DNA of 60,866 nucleotides, filler included, from Candidatus Tectimicrobiota bacterium (GCA_016193065.1; 11 parts of 11 records of this genome joined end to end with filler, not necessarily neighbours in it), one strand, 5' to 3'; numbered from the whole stretch's first letter, positions 23,901-34,716 are shown. Notes: generated from the letters alone by a model not told the origin. Made by a program: numbers and translations.

Positions 23901-23972
23901 GCGAAAAACGACGCCGGGCAAACCCGGGACTCAAATCCTGTGACGGCAGCCCCACCTACCTGCCGGAGGTAG
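20928..23972 (+). CDS. large multidomain M48 metalloprotease: M48 + two IPT/TIG-like + three helical repeats + FN3-like (5'-partial; the break at NN 21858-21859 is an artefact)
   Basis: PNALAFPGG, HEISH, EKMAD, THPSPDERL; collapsing the duplicated TC around NN joins the two ORFs (DVHVET); C-terminal LSWNASPGA...YTYVVRAKN. Confidence 0.75.
22596..23621 (+). repeat. three intragenic ~260-bp repeats (about 22596-22856, 23025-23285, 23361-23621)
   Basis: Each encodes DPQLxAQVQQxRxAWQQxNxQVxQxPNLQPxDRxxLxQDxQRGSQAxDxAEAAA. Confidence 0.9.
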
Positions 23973-24082
23973 GTTTTCTTGTCTGCCCCCGGTTTTTGCA
24001 GCGGATGTGGAAGGGGAATAGCCACCATTGTGGCGGATAGTCGCGCGAGGCGGCGCCGCGCCCGCTAGGCGGAGGCTTCACC

Positions 24083-24997
24083 GTGCGTTGGAGGTATGAA
24101 CTGGGAGACATTCCTGCGGATGGTCGGAACGTTGAAGCACCCATCGAAGCCCAGGCACGCGGGTTCCTATTGCCTCGGCGGACCCTGCTGAAGGTTGGAG
24201 TGGGTCTGGTCGTCTGGCCCGCTGCGCAATTCCTGCAGGCATGTGCGACGACCGGAGGCACAAGCACAAGCCGATCGAGGCTTCGCCTCATCTCTGACGA
24301 GGAGGAAGCGAAAATTGGAGTGGCAGTATTTCAGCAGCTGCAGGAGAAAGAACTGAAGCGTGGGCGCCTCATGACCGAGCCGGATGGTCCGGCCGCTCAC
24401 GCCTGGGTCAAGCGCGTGTCGGATCGGGTGATCTGGGCCTCGGGCTTGGGCGATAAATATCGCTGGGAGTACATACTCATCAACGCCCCCGGGACGGCGA
24501 ACGCCATCGCCTTCCCGGGTGGGCGTATCATCGTATTCACCGGGATCCTACCAGTGGCACGCGATGACGCGGGCCTGGCCACGATTATTGGGCACGTGGT
24601 GGGGCACGTGATGGGTCACCACATGGCCGAACGCATCTCCAAGGAATTCGTGATGGGATTCGCTGAGGAGATTGCGCGCGAGCAAGGTGCAAGCGACTCG
24701 ACCATAGCGACCATGCGGCTGGTAAATAGGAGCATTCTCTCGCAGTACAGCCGGATCCACGAGACCGAGGCCGACCTTATTGGTCTGTTACTGATGTCAA
24801 AGGCAGGATACGACCCACGGGAGTCTGTCAAGCTGTGGCAGAGGATGAATGACGCCGCAGGGGAGTTCAGCCGGGGGCATGAATTCCTCCACACACATCC
24901 TGGTTCGGGAACGCAAATCGCGGACCTCCAGGCCTGGATGCAGCAGGCTTTGCAATACTACGAGAATCCGAGCCTAGCCTTGCCGGTCCTGAAGTAG
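24083..24997 (+). CDS. M48 (LoiP/Oma1-like) peptidase homolog, predicted Tat lipoprotein; start uncertain
   Basis: RRTLLK and LQAC; NAIAFPGG, HVVGH (E replaced by V), YSRIHETEAD, AGYDP, THP. Confidence 0.85.
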   Translation: MRWRYELGDIPADGRNVEAPIEAQARGFLLPRRTLLKVGVGLVVWPAAQFLQACATTGGTSTSRSRLRLISDEEEAKIGVAVFQQLQEKELKRGRLMTEPDGPAAHAWVKRVSDRVIWASGLGDKYRWEYILINAPGTANAIAFPGGRIIVFTGILPVARDDAGLATIIGHVVGHVMGHHMAERISKEFVMGFAEEIAREQGASDSTIATMRLVNRSILSQYSRIHETEADLIGLLLMSKAGYDPRESVKLWQRMNDAAGEFSRGHEFLHTHPGSGTQIADLQAWMQQALQYYENPSLALPVLK

Positions 24998-25358
24998 TCC
25001 CGGCTTGTGGTGCCTGCGAAAACATAGCTGGTCAAACCCGAGGCTGAAGTTCGGTGGCGGTGGCCGCGCCTGTCTGGCGGAGGCACACCAGTACTCTGTG
25101 CTGATGCCTAAAATCGGTGCAAGAACGAAAAGGCTTATCCTGTCCGGCGCTTCGAGAACGTGTGGACCGTTATCTGGCAATCGTGGGTAAAAAGAGGGGG
25201 GGTCCCGTTCAGGATGAAAGCACGCACATCCGCACCGGCACTCGCGCTAGTGCCATTGAGACTATGCAGGCTCGCGGGGGCACCGGTCAATTTGGTGAGT
25301 GCGAAGAGATTCCCGGAAAGCGAACAGAAAAACCGAACCCACAAAGAGGGGACCGAAC

Positions 25359-25691
25359 ATGAAGCATTGTGTAATTTTAACTTCACTACTTCTGATCTTG
25401 GCTGGGTGCGCTGCGACAACCGGCAGACGATTTGACTCATCACTTGTAGACAATATTCAGAAAGAGAGAACGACAAAGCAAGAAATCCTCAAGTGGTTTG
25501 GAGAGCCTCTTTCGGCTTCCGTCGATTCTTCAGGCTCGGAGGTCTGGCGATACTCCTACCAAGAAATCCCTGCCTCTACAATGTTTCTCGGCGTGCTCGG
25601 TGCGGAGGGCAAACAGGAGACGTTGATCATCAAGTATTCGCGTGATGTCGTCAAGGAGTTTTCACTCAGCAAAGGTGGGTTTCTACATTAA
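25359..25691 (+). CDS. SmpA/BamE-like small lipoprotein
   Basis: Lipobox LAGC; TTKQEILKWFGEP...EVWRYSY pattern. Confidence 0.7.
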   Translation: MKHCVILTSLLLILAGCAATTGRRFDSSLVDNIQKERTTKQEILKWFGEPLSASVDSSGSEVWRYSYQEIPASTMFLGVLGAEGKQETLIIKYSRDVVKEFSLSKGGFLH

Positions 25692-25883
25692 CTAACCCAA
25701 TCGGAAAGTAGGCGGGACATGATGTATCGACCCAAACGAATCAGAGGGGCCCTGGTGCGCTCTCAATGGAGATCAGGTCAAGGTTACCTCCTTCACAGCG
25801 GAGACTCCTTCGATGGGTTTGAGGCTGGACTTCGCAATATGTGCCTGTTACGAAACATCTCTGGCCTAACGCGGGGGAAGAAA

Positions 25884-26576
25884 ATGAGACTACTACTCAC
25901 TCTAGCTCTAAGCGTTCTGTTTGTATCGCAGGCCCGAGCTGCCGCCCCATCACTCTCGGACCGCGAGGCTATGTCCCCCCTCGAAGGTCATTGGAGGTCG
26001 GCCGGCGTATTGCGGATTAAACTTGGTAACTTGAAGGTTGTCCGGGAGCCTCTCGAACCTGATATTTCTAAAGGCGAGCTGAGCGAAAAGGATCTCGACG
26101 GATACAAAGTGCTTGATAGGCTGGGTGTTATCGCAATCACAAAGATGGAGGTCCTGTCGCAGAGGCGATTTAATTGGGAAGATTTCAGAAATATGGCGCT
26201 GGGGGGCAAAGCGGAGCTAACCGTTCGAGCGGGGGAGAAGGGGCTTGATCTTCAACGACGAGCTAATGTCCGCGCAGAGGATGGATGGCTAATAATTCCA
26301 CAAGGAACATTTAAGATTGAGAAGATAGTTCGCAATGAGGAGCAAAAGAAAGTCGTAGACTACTACCGAGTCGTAATGGGCACATTTACAGCATCATGGA
26401 CAGCGGAATATAGGGAATACGCATCGTCAATGGGAAGACAATTGAGCGATAAAAGAAAGTTCAAGGTGCTTTATGCGTATGACGCCTTCACCTCGAAATG
26501 GAAAATCGTTGCTTGGGACTATGCCAATCTAGACGAGGAGTTTCATACTAACTACGTGGATTCGGCCCTAAGGTGA
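25884..26576 (+). CDS. hypothetical secreted protein
   Basis: Signal peptide MRLLLTLALSVLFVSQARAA; 230-aa ORF with visibly lower GC. Confidence 0.65.
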   Translation: MRLLLTLALSVLFVSQARAAAPSLSDREAMSPLEGHWRSAGVLRIKLGNLKVVREPLEPDISKGELSEKDLDGYKVLDRLGVIAITKMEVLSQRRFNWEDFRNMALGGKAELTVRAGEKGLDLQRRANVRAEDGWLIIPQGTFKIEKIVRNEEQKKVVDYYRVVMGTFTASWTAEYREYASSMGRQLSDKRKFKVLYAYDAFTSKWKIVAWDYANLDEEFHTNYVDSALR

Positions 26577-26685
26577 ATTCAAAGGTTGACTGCGTAGAAT
26601 GGGCGTGCTTTATGAACGGGTTGAGAAATCGCTATAGTAAGTTCATATGAACGGGACTACGTAGGAGACTTATCAGATTCGAGGC

Positions 26686-27032
26686 TGAAGACGCCGGGCG
26701 TCAGCCCGGGGTTGAAAGCCTCCCCAGCCGCAGGCTGGGCCGGCGCAGCCGGGCCGGATTTCTTCCGCCCAAGTACGCCGTCTCCACGATTGTCGGGAAG
26801 ATCAAGGCCAACACGAGCCGCGAGATCCGCCAGCGCTTCCCCGGGATCAAGAAGGGGTACTGGCGCAACGAATTCTGGTCCGTCGGCTTCTTCTCGTCCA
26901 CCGTCGGCATCGATGAGGCCGTGATCAAGCGCTACGTCGAATTTCAGGAGAAGGTCGACAAGGGCCAACTGAGGCTCCAGTTGGATTTCGGGTTCTGATC
27001 CAAAGTGCCACGGGCGTAAGCCCGTGGGTATC
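26686..27032 (+). mobile_element. tnpA: internally deleted IS200/IS605-family element (TnpA C-terminal remnant at 26762-26998)
   Basis: PPKYAVSTIVGKIKANTSREIRQRFP...FWSVGFFSSTVG..EAVIKRYVEFQE; end hairpins CCGGGCGTCAGCCCGG and CCACGGGCGTAAGCCCGTGG; no start codon or HUH motif. Confidence 0.88.
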
Positions 27033-27350
27033 TACTAGACTTTTCGTTGCCGATAGGCGGAGCGCCCTGGGTTGAAGCTGGTAGAATCCTTTCCCACCCC
27101 TCGGTGGTGATGTCCTGCGGCGTCAGTGCGGCCGGACGCGCCCATGGTAGCTGAAGCGGGCCAGCCCCTCCTTGCTTCGGACTCGGGAAGTGTGAGTGTT
27201 GCGCTATGGGTGGGCGCCAGGCACGCCATCTCGAATCGGAAGCCCGACGAGGCCAGTGCGGCCGGGTGCCGTGCGTGGCGCCGAGATTGACCCGGTGGTT
27301 GGCTTGCTGCTATAGTCCCGCCGATTGAGCCCAAAGAGTGCAGCAGTTGA

Positions 27351-27504
27351 ACCGCCAAGACGCCAAGTGAGCCAAGAAGCTCCCCATATTCAAGGGCGAA
27401 TGGGGACGAGAGACGAAAGCCCGCTCGGAACTCCTGGTCCTGAGTTCGCCTCCAGCCTTGATGAGACCTGGCGCGCCTTTGCGGCCTTGGCGACCTTGGC
27501 AGTG
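27351..27504. repeat. inverted pair of tandem GCCAAG motifs (REP-like)
   Basis: ACCGCCAAGACGCCAAGTGAGCCAAG vs CTTTGCGGCCTTGGCGACCTTGGCAGT. Confidence 0.55.
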
Positions 27505-27538
27505 AGATATCCGGGGTGAGGCAGTCGGGGAGGCCAGC

Positions 27539-28117
27539 ATGGCTGTTTCGCACACGCACCTGCGCCAGTGGACCCGGGAGGAGTACCTGAAGATGGCCGA
27601 GGCGGGCGTCTTCGCGCCCGGGGAGCGGGTGGAACTCATCGAGGGGCAAATCACCACCAAGACGAAACCGAGCGCGTCGGAGGCTACATCCACCACCCTT
27701 TTGGCGGAGGAGCTGCGGCGGGCTTTCGGAGGGGGATACGTGATCCGGGTTCAAGGTCCGTTAGCTCTTGGGCCACTTTCAGAGCCTGAACCGGATGTGG
27801 CCGTTGTTCGGGGATCGCCCCGGGATTATCGGGACGCGCATCCAACAACGGCAGTCCTCGTAGTCGAGGTCTCGGACACGACGCTCGTGCTCGATCGGCA
27901 GCAGAAGGCCGGCCTGTACGCCAGGGCAGGCATCCCGGAATACTGGATCCTCAACTTGCTTGAACGGGTCCTCGAAGTCTACCGAGATCCTGCGCCACTC
28001 CCGGATCACCCGCTGGCTTACGGCTACCGTTCCTCAGAGCGTCTGGATGCGTCAGCCTCGGTCGTGCCCCTCGCCGCGTCGGCCACCCCGATTGCAGTCG
28101 CCGACCTCTTACCGTAG
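27539..28117 (+). CDS. Uma2-family endonuclease
   Basis: WTREEYLKMAEAG, RVELIEG, EPEPDVAVV, VVEVSDTT, KAGLYARAGIPEYWILNL. Confidence 0.92.
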   Translation: MAVSHTHLRQWTREEYLKMAEAGVFAPGERVELIEGQITTKTKPSASEATSTTLLAEELRRAFGGGYVIRVQGPLALGPLSEPEPDVAVVRGSPRDYRDAHPTTAVLVVEVSDTTLVLDRQQKAGLYARAGIPEYWILNLLERVLEVYRDPAPLPDHPLAYGYRSSERLDASASVVPLAASATPIAVADLLP

Positions 28118-28197
28118 CGGCGGCTCAACCCCTGGGACAATCAGCAGCTTGTGCATTCTCCTTGATTTCCCTCTGACCACCTCCTATACTGCGCGCC

Positions 28198-28402
28198 ATG
28201 TTTCTCGCCGAACTCTGCGTCAAGCGACCGGTCTTCACCACCATGCTCATCATGGCGCTCGTCGTGATGGGCTGGTTCTCCTACGAGCGCCTCGGCCTGG
28301 ATCTGCTCCCCAAGATCGATCGCCCTACCATCACCATCACGACCAAGCTCGCCGGCGCCAGCCCCGAGGAGATGGAGACCCAGGTCACCAAGCCGATCGA
28401 GG
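28198..28402 (+). CDS. RND efflux permease, AcrB family (3'-partial)
   Basis: CVKRPVFTTM, LGLDLLPKID, GASPEEMETQVTKPIE. Confidence 0.9.
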
Positions 28403-28502
28403 NNNNNNNNNNNNNNNNNNNNNNNNNNNNNNNNNNNNNNNNNNNNTTAATTAATTAANNNNNNNNNNNNNNNNNNNNNNNNNNNNNNNNNNNNNNNNNN
28501 NN

Positions 28503-30217
28503 CCCGCGGTATCCTGACCGCGATTCTCGATGTTACCAAGGTGAAAGTCGCTGCGGCCGAGGCGATCTTCGCCGTCATCGGTGTGCTCGCTGACGAACGG
28601 ATCAATCTCGGCACGACCTTGACCCTGAGTGCAGATCAGGGCCCTCGCATTGATCGGAATGCCCTCCCCGTGATTCTTGTCCCGGGCCTCACTGGTGATC
28701 CGACGAGTATCGCCAACATCCGCACTCAGCTTTCCAACACGGGAGTCTATCGCCCCCTCCCGGTGACCTCCTTCCCCGGTCTGAAAAATGGGGTTCTTAC
28801 CAATGCCGGTCTCCTGGGCGCCGAGTTCAGCCGGGTGAGGAGCACCATCCTCGCTAATTTCATCCCGACGTCTATCAACCTGCCGGTGGATGCCGTCGGC
28901 TTCTCGGCTGGCTCCATCCTTTCTCGGCAATTTGTCAGTACCCTCCTCGGGGCGAACCCCGCCGGAGTGGGGAGCTTAACCCAGATTGGCCCGCCGAATC
29001 ACGGCTCGATCCTTGTGAAGAATCGCGAGGCAGCGGAGGAGGTAGTGAGGACGCAAGTTCCTGCGACTGTGAGGCTTCTCTTCCCTGGTGCAACTCGGGT
29101 GGCAGCCGAGGTCTCAACCTGGCCCTTTTTTACGCTGGAGGAGGCCGGTCGCTTTCCCGGAGCCTCGGACTTGGCGCCCAACACCCAAGTCCTCACTGCG
29201 TTGAACAACAGCTTGCCCTTTAGCACCCTGAATCGGCAGTTCGTCATCGCTGGAACGAAGTCACTGAGCAGAGAACTTGATGACATATTCAAAGAGACAA
29301 ACGATGGCCTGGTCTCTCGTAATAGTGCCAGCCTGGATGGTCTCGGGGGTCCACCCATTACAGACATTCCCCGTGACCACTTTCAGTTGCCTAGAGATGC
29401 ACAAACTGTTGCGGAAGTCCCGAAGCACCTCAGCGATTGGTACGTGGTCACCGATGTCACCCCAGGGACGATTACTCCAGGGCAGGCGACCACTTTCACC
29501 ATCACCATCATGCATAACTTCAATCGTGAGGCCCGAAGCCTGGTGGCCGGACTGTTTGACGCCAACGCCACGCAAATCGTTTCTACGGCCAAATCCATCC
29601 CCAACACCGGTTTGAATACGACGCAGATGACCCTGGACATCACATCCATCGCGATTCCGGCAACCGCTCCACGCCCAATCTCCCTCGTGGTGGCCTCCGA
29701 TGCTGATATAGGCGGCATCACCACAGCCGATTTGCCTACGCAAACTCCAGGTGATGCCAAAATGAATCTTGTCAGGGTTGGCCAAAGCTCACGCGTGGGG
29801 ATCTTCCAGCGTGTCGTGGCTGGTAAACTGATGCTGGTTGCGATCGGTCCGACAGGTGCCCAGCTTGACTACGTTATTCCCGGTGTTGAACCAGAGGCGA
29901 TAACGTTAAAGTTCAGAAATGTGAGAGACCTGACCATCCAGTATACAGGGGTAAGTGCTAATTTTACTCCCCTTAATCTCGTGGATAGGATTGTGCTCCG
30001 TGGAAGCCAACCGGAATTCCAGACTATAATCCTTCAACTGGACACCCTTGTTGACAACTTCGGACGGCAGGCAGTAAACCACGACCTTGACATCGTCGAT
30101 GGGGTAGATGCAGGGGGATTCATATGCATCGCTTCCATCTCTAGCTCTCAATCTCCCAATCTTATTGAATTCTTGCTGGGCAGTTTTGGATTCCAACTGA
30201 GAGATTGTCCCGAATAG
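28503..30217 (+). CDS. large protein with alpha/beta-hydrolase (lipase-like) domain and beta-rich C-terminus (5'-partial)
   Basis: VILVPGL, AVGFSAG nucleophile elbow, GPPNHGS, NDGLV, DH. Confidence 0.7.
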
Positions 30218-30355
30218 TTGAGTCGGGCCCAAGTGATCATCGCCAACGACTGGAGATTGCAGAGGGCAATTGGTATTGACTGGGAAGGGGTTTTCTACAG
30301 GGCCACCCAATCTCAGCTATGATACAATGGGCGGCCTGAGAGGGGCATTGGGGTC

Positions 30356-31561
30356 ATGCGATATTGGCCATTGACGCTCGTACTCCCGGTTATCGCGGGT
30401 TCGATCTTTCTCTCTGAGGCTGCGGGTGCGGATGTGGTTATTGCTGAAAAGGCCATAGACAAGTGGATGTACCATGGCCGGGTGAACAAACTGGTCCTCT
30501 CCCCGGACGGGAAGCGCCTGTACATCGGTTGGAATGGAGCCTACGTCTTCGACACCGAGCAGTTGACCTTCAAAGAGATCCCGGTCCAAGCGGCCAACAC
30601 GAATACCGGCCTGCAACATCCCGATGGGAGCCCCGTCCGAGGCCATTCAAACTTGGCCCTGACCCCGGATGGCAAGAGGCTCTATGTCTACGACTACGGC
30701 GCCTCCGCCATCAATGTGGTGGATACCCAGACGCTCACCACCCCGAAGGTCATATCTATCGCCCCATTGGAGGAGGTGACCGATTTCATCGTCTCCCAAG
30801 ACGGGAGGAAACTTTTCGTCGCGGGTTCCCATCATCTTGGCAGAATTCGTTCGGAAGCCAATCGCACGAACAAGATCCTGGTAGTAGATACACAGGCTGA
30901 CCGCATTGAAAGGGTCCTCGACATCGACAAGCAAAGCGTAGTGTGGTTCCTGGCGGCCGACGATCGGCCGATCATCTATGGATTGGTTCAAGGCAAGCCA
31001 GGGGGCGGGCCAGTTGTCGAACAGCCCGACTTAGTAATTGACATTGATAAAGGCGAGATAGTACGAGAGCTCTATTTGCCGAAACCTAAGGTTAGAGTTA
31101 AGGACTCAATGGTAAGAGGAGGGTATTTTTATAGTATTTCCTTTGTGGACATGACGCCTGGACAATCCTCAGAGAACATGCTGAGTATCTTCAGTCTCAA
31201 AGACGGCAGCAAGCTTCAAGAAATAGGTTTGCCGCGTTTTTCCTTCCAGCCTTCTTTTGTATTTGAAGATAGATGGATTTATATCATGCGGAAGCAATCG
31301 ATCCTACTTGTAGACGTACAAAATAAGAAGGTCGTCAAAGATGTAGATATCTATCAGCCTTCCCTCTTGCAGCGCCTGAAGGGGCAGAAACGCCCAGATT
31401 ATACCGAATACATGGTCCTCTCGAAGGATGGCAAGCGCCTCTACGTCGCGGGGCTCCTCTTCCAGAAGAAATGGACCCCTTTCTTCGATGTCCCACCTCC
31501 ACCGGTGAAGCTGGTCGTTACCATCGTGGACGCCGAGAAGGTGCGGAGAGATGCTGAGTAA
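30356..31561 (+). CDS. secreted YncE/YVTN-like beta-propeller protein
   Basis: Signal peptide; repeated SPDGKRLY, TPDGKRLYV, SQDGRKLFV, SKDGKRLYV. Confidence 0.8.
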   Translation: MRYWPLTLVLPVIAGSIFLSEAAGADVVIAEKAIDKWMYHGRVNKLVLSPDGKRLYIGWNGAYVFDTEQLTFKEIPVQAANTNTGLQHPDGSPVRGHSNLALTPDGKRLYVYDYGASAINVVDTQTLTTPKVISIAPLEEVTDFIVSQDGRKLFVAGSHHLGRIRSEANRTNKILVVDTQADRIERVLDIDKQSVVWFLAADDRPIIYGLVQGKPGGGPVVEQPDLVIDIDKGEIVRELYLPKPKVRVKDSMVRGGYFYSISFVDMTPGQSSENMLSIFSLKDGSKLQEIGLPRFSFQPSFVFEDRWIYIMRKQSILLVDVQNKKVVKDVDIYQPSLLQRLKGQKRPDYTEYMVLSKDGKRLYVAGLLFQKKWTPFFDVPPPPVKLVVTIVDAEKVRRDAE

Positions 31562-31777
31562 TCCCATGTGCGGTCCTACTTCACGCTCGCGGAGCGGTTT
31601 GTCTAAAAAAGCTACCGGGCCCCTCTCGGGACGTAACTGCGTGGTTTCTCAGGGGAGCGTTCTGGATTCTTCGGGGGCGGGGGTTTGAGCAGGAACGCCA
31701 TGAAGCCGTATCCGCTGGTGGATGATCTCCTCCGCCCTATACTGCGGGTGGCCATGCCCCGGGCCCCGCGGCAGAGC

Positions 31778-32185
31778 ATGAAGTTGGTCATGTGTCCCCT
31801 CTTGGTCTTCCTAGCGTTCGCTACCATTTCCCCGCTCTTGCCAGCCCCTGCGGCCGCGCAGCATGCGGGCCCCCCTGAACCATCAATCACCTGGGTCACG
31901 TACCGCGATCCGGCGTTCGGGTTTTCCTTCGCTCATCCCGCCACTCTCCGTGTCGTTCGGCTAAGACCCACCGAGTTCCACATTGCGGGACTGATCCAGG
32001 CCGTGCAGCTCGTCGACGACACTGACAGCGGCCCCATTCTCCGCGTCCTGGTCAAGGACACGGTCCGTGATCCGAAAGCATCGGTTCAGGATGAAGCCTT
32101 CCTACGCAATACGTGCAAGACGCTCGAGACCCTATCCGTTTCGGGCCGACGTGGTTTCAGTTGCGTCTCTTGCAGTAGCGCTTCG
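31778..32185 (+). CDS. exported hypothetical protein, PsbP-like N-terminus (3'-partial)
   Basis: Signal peptide followed by WVTYRDPAFGFSFAHP. Confidence 0.5.
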
Positions 32186-32285
32186 NNNNNNNNNNNNNNN
32201 NNNNNNNNNNNNNNNNNNNNNNNNNNNNNTTAATTAATTAANNNNNNNNNNNNNNNNNNNNNNNNNNNNNNNNNNNNNNNNNNNN

Positions 32286-32426
32286 TACAGCCTGTTCTAC
32301 GGCATCCTGGGCGGATTCATCGGCCTGGTCCTCTGGATCTTCTACACGGCCATCATCCTGCTCTTCGGCGGAATGCTGGCCGACATCCTGGACCGGGGCG
32401 GCCACACCCAGAAACCCCGCGACTGA
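32286..32426 (+). CDS. YihY/BrkB-family membrane protein C-terminus (5'-partial)
   Basis: YSLFYGILGGFIGLVLWIFYTAIILLFGG matches the YG.LG....L.W.Y....L.G pattern. Confidence 0.75.
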   Translation, partial: YSLFYGILGGFIGLVLWIFYTAIILLFGGMLADILDRGGHTQKPRD

Positions 32427-32845
32427 TCCGAATCTTTTTCGCTTATTCAACGTTCGCTCCTCTTCATCGCAAGCCTTCTCCTTCAAACCAATTCTGAGAT
32501 CGGTCGAGCTGTCATCCCGCCGTCCGTCTCCTCCTCGGATCCTTGCCTCCGTCGCCTTCCTGGGTTGCTTGTGTCTCGCGGACTTGGGGCGGATCGTCCG
32601 CCCTGCTGTGGGAGACGCGCCGATGTCCAGAACCTGCCGTAGGACCCGACCTCCCCGCTTGCCGACTCATTCCAGAAGGTGCGGTCCTGATGGAGAATCT
32701 TCGGCCGCTTCCTCATAGCGTAAGGTCGTCGCACCACTTCTGCGGGACTGCTCACCGACGGCGTCGCCTGTCCCTTTGTATTCGGTGCTCCGTTGCACCA
32801 GACCGGATCGAGGACCGGGGTGCCAAATATGGCAGAAGATTGTTC

Positions 32846-32907
32846 TTGACATGTGCGCGGGGCAGGACTATTTTCTGGAACACAGAATTGACTTCCGGAA
32901 TACGGAA
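32846..32907 (+). promoter_or_regulatory. sigma70 promoter with two palindromic IclR-type operators
   Basis: TTGACA-17-TATTTT; TTCTG-N5-CAGAA (32873-32887) and TTCCG-N5-CGGAA (32893-32907). Confidence 0.65.
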
Positions 32908-32971
32908 TTTAGCACATCCTTCCTCCGCGTAAAGCCGCAGCCACTTGTCTGAGACGTGGCGAGGAAAGACC

Positions 32972-33817
32972 GTGGCGCGAACCAATGTGAAAGCCAGACA
33001 GCGGGAGAACGAAGGCAGCCGATCCTCGAGGGGAAGCGGTGCTGACGTTCTCAAATCGCTCCGGAAGGCGATTCGGGTGCTGGAGTGCTTTTCTCTTCAG
33101 GAGCCGCGCCTCTCGCTCTCGGACATCGCGCGCCGGGCTCAACTTCCGCTCAGTACGGCCCATCGGATCCTGGCAACCCTCCGGGGAGCGGGGATTGTGG
33201 AGCAGGAGGGGGACCGGGAGCTGTATCGGCTGGGCCTCAAGCTGTTCGAGCTGGGCAGCATGGTCCTCGCGAACATGGAGGTCCACCGGGAGGCGCTGCC
33301 GTTCATCGAGGAGCTCTCGCGGGAGAGCGGGGAAACCGTCCACCTGGGGGTATTCGATGGATCACAGGTGGTCTCCATCGAGAAGATGGACTCCCCCCAC
33401 GGCCTGGCGTCACAGGTCACCATCGGCAAAGGGGCCCCTGCGTACTGTACCGCGGTCGGCAAGGCTCTCTTGGCATTCCAGTCGGAGAGCACCATCGACC
33501 ATGTCTGTCGATTGGGGCTCACCCGTCATACTCCGCAGACCATTACCGACCCAGGCAAGCTACGCAAAGAATTGGAGCGAATCCGTGCGCTTGGATATGC
33601 CGTGGACGAGCGGGAGCACCAGCCTGATGTTCGTTGCGTGGCCGCGCCGATTCGAGACCACACAAGCAACGTCATTGCTTCGATGAGCGTCTCGGGTCCA
33701 GCCACGCGCATCCCGAAGGAACGGATCCCCCTGCTGGCGGTGCGAATGAAAGAGGTTGCCGGCAAGCTCTCCGCGCGGCTTGGGTACACGGGGAGACACC
33801 CTGTGAATTCTCCATGA
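32972..33817 (+). CDS. IclR-family transcriptional regulator
   Basis: SLRKAIRVLE HTH, YRLGLKL, GETVHLG, YCTAVGKALLA, RCVAAPI. Confidence 0.93.
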   Translation: MARTNVKARQRENEGSRSSRGSGADVLKSLRKAIRVLECFSLQEPRLSLSDIARRAQLPLSTAHRILATLRGAGIVEQEGDRELYRLGLKLFELGSMVLANMEVHREALPFIEELSRESGETVHLGVFDGSQVVSIEKMDSPHGLASQVTIGKGAPAYCTAVGKALLAFQSESTIDHVCRLGLTRHTPQTITDPGKLRKELERIRALGYAVDEREHQPDVRCVAAPIRDHTSNVIASMSVSGPATRIPKERIPLLAVRMKEVAGKLSARLGYTGRHPVNSP

Positions 33818-33871
33818 ACTCCCACCTCAGCATGACGGGGCTGCGAATATGTGGGAGGGTTTCCCTCTGCG

Positions 33872-34667
33872 ATGTACGAGCAGATCTACGGTATCGTCCC
33901 CCCCATGACCGCCCCCTTCCGCCCTGACGACACCATTGACGAAGACGCCCTGCGCGCCGAGACCGGCTACATGATTGAGGTGGCCAAGGTCCACGGCTTG
34001 GTTGTCTGCGGGAGCACCGGAGAGGGCCACACAATCAGCACCGAGGAGACACGGCGCATCACCGAGATCGTCGTGAAAGGGGCCAAAGGTCGAATTCCCA
34101 TCATCACCGGGGTCATCACGGACAGCACGGCGCAGGCCATCGAGCGGGGCAAGGCCGTGAAGGATTTGGGGGTCGCCGCCTTGCAGGTGACGCCGCCCCA
34201 TTACCTCTTCCGGCCGGACGACGAGTCCATGTTAAAGCATTTCGAGGCCCTCGCCAGGGGGACCGGTATGCCTATCATCATCTACAACGTCGTCCCCTGG
34301 GCGTGACCTCGTCCTCATGCTGCGGGACCGAGGGCGGATCATGAGCGCCGTGGATGCCCTCATGTACCCCTCGTTTGTGCTGGGGGCACACGGGGCTATC
34401 GCCGCCATCCTCACGGCCGTCCCGACCCTGTGCGTCCAGCTCTGGGACGCGGTCCAGGCGGGGGATCACAAGCAAGCGCTGATGCTCCACGAGAAGATCT
34501 TGCCGATCTGGAACGCCATCTGGGCCGACAACCTGCCGGCGAACACGAAGACCTGCCAAGAGCTGCTAGGTCGGCGCGCTGGCGTACCGCGGGCCCCCAT
34601 GCCCGCCAGCTCCACAGCGCAGAAGGCGGCGATCCACAAGGCCTTGGGAGCAGCCGGACTCCTTTGA
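33872..34667 (+). pseudogene. DapA/NAL-family aldolase, broken by a deletion near 34303
   Basis: CGSTGEG, TPPHY, IIIYNVVPW*, then resumes in another frame at DLVLMLRD; the catalytic Lys segment is absent. Confidence 0.85.
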
Positions 34668-34716
34668 GGTTGACGACGGGAGACCGGACCGATACGCCCT
34701 GGTCAGGAAGACCAGA

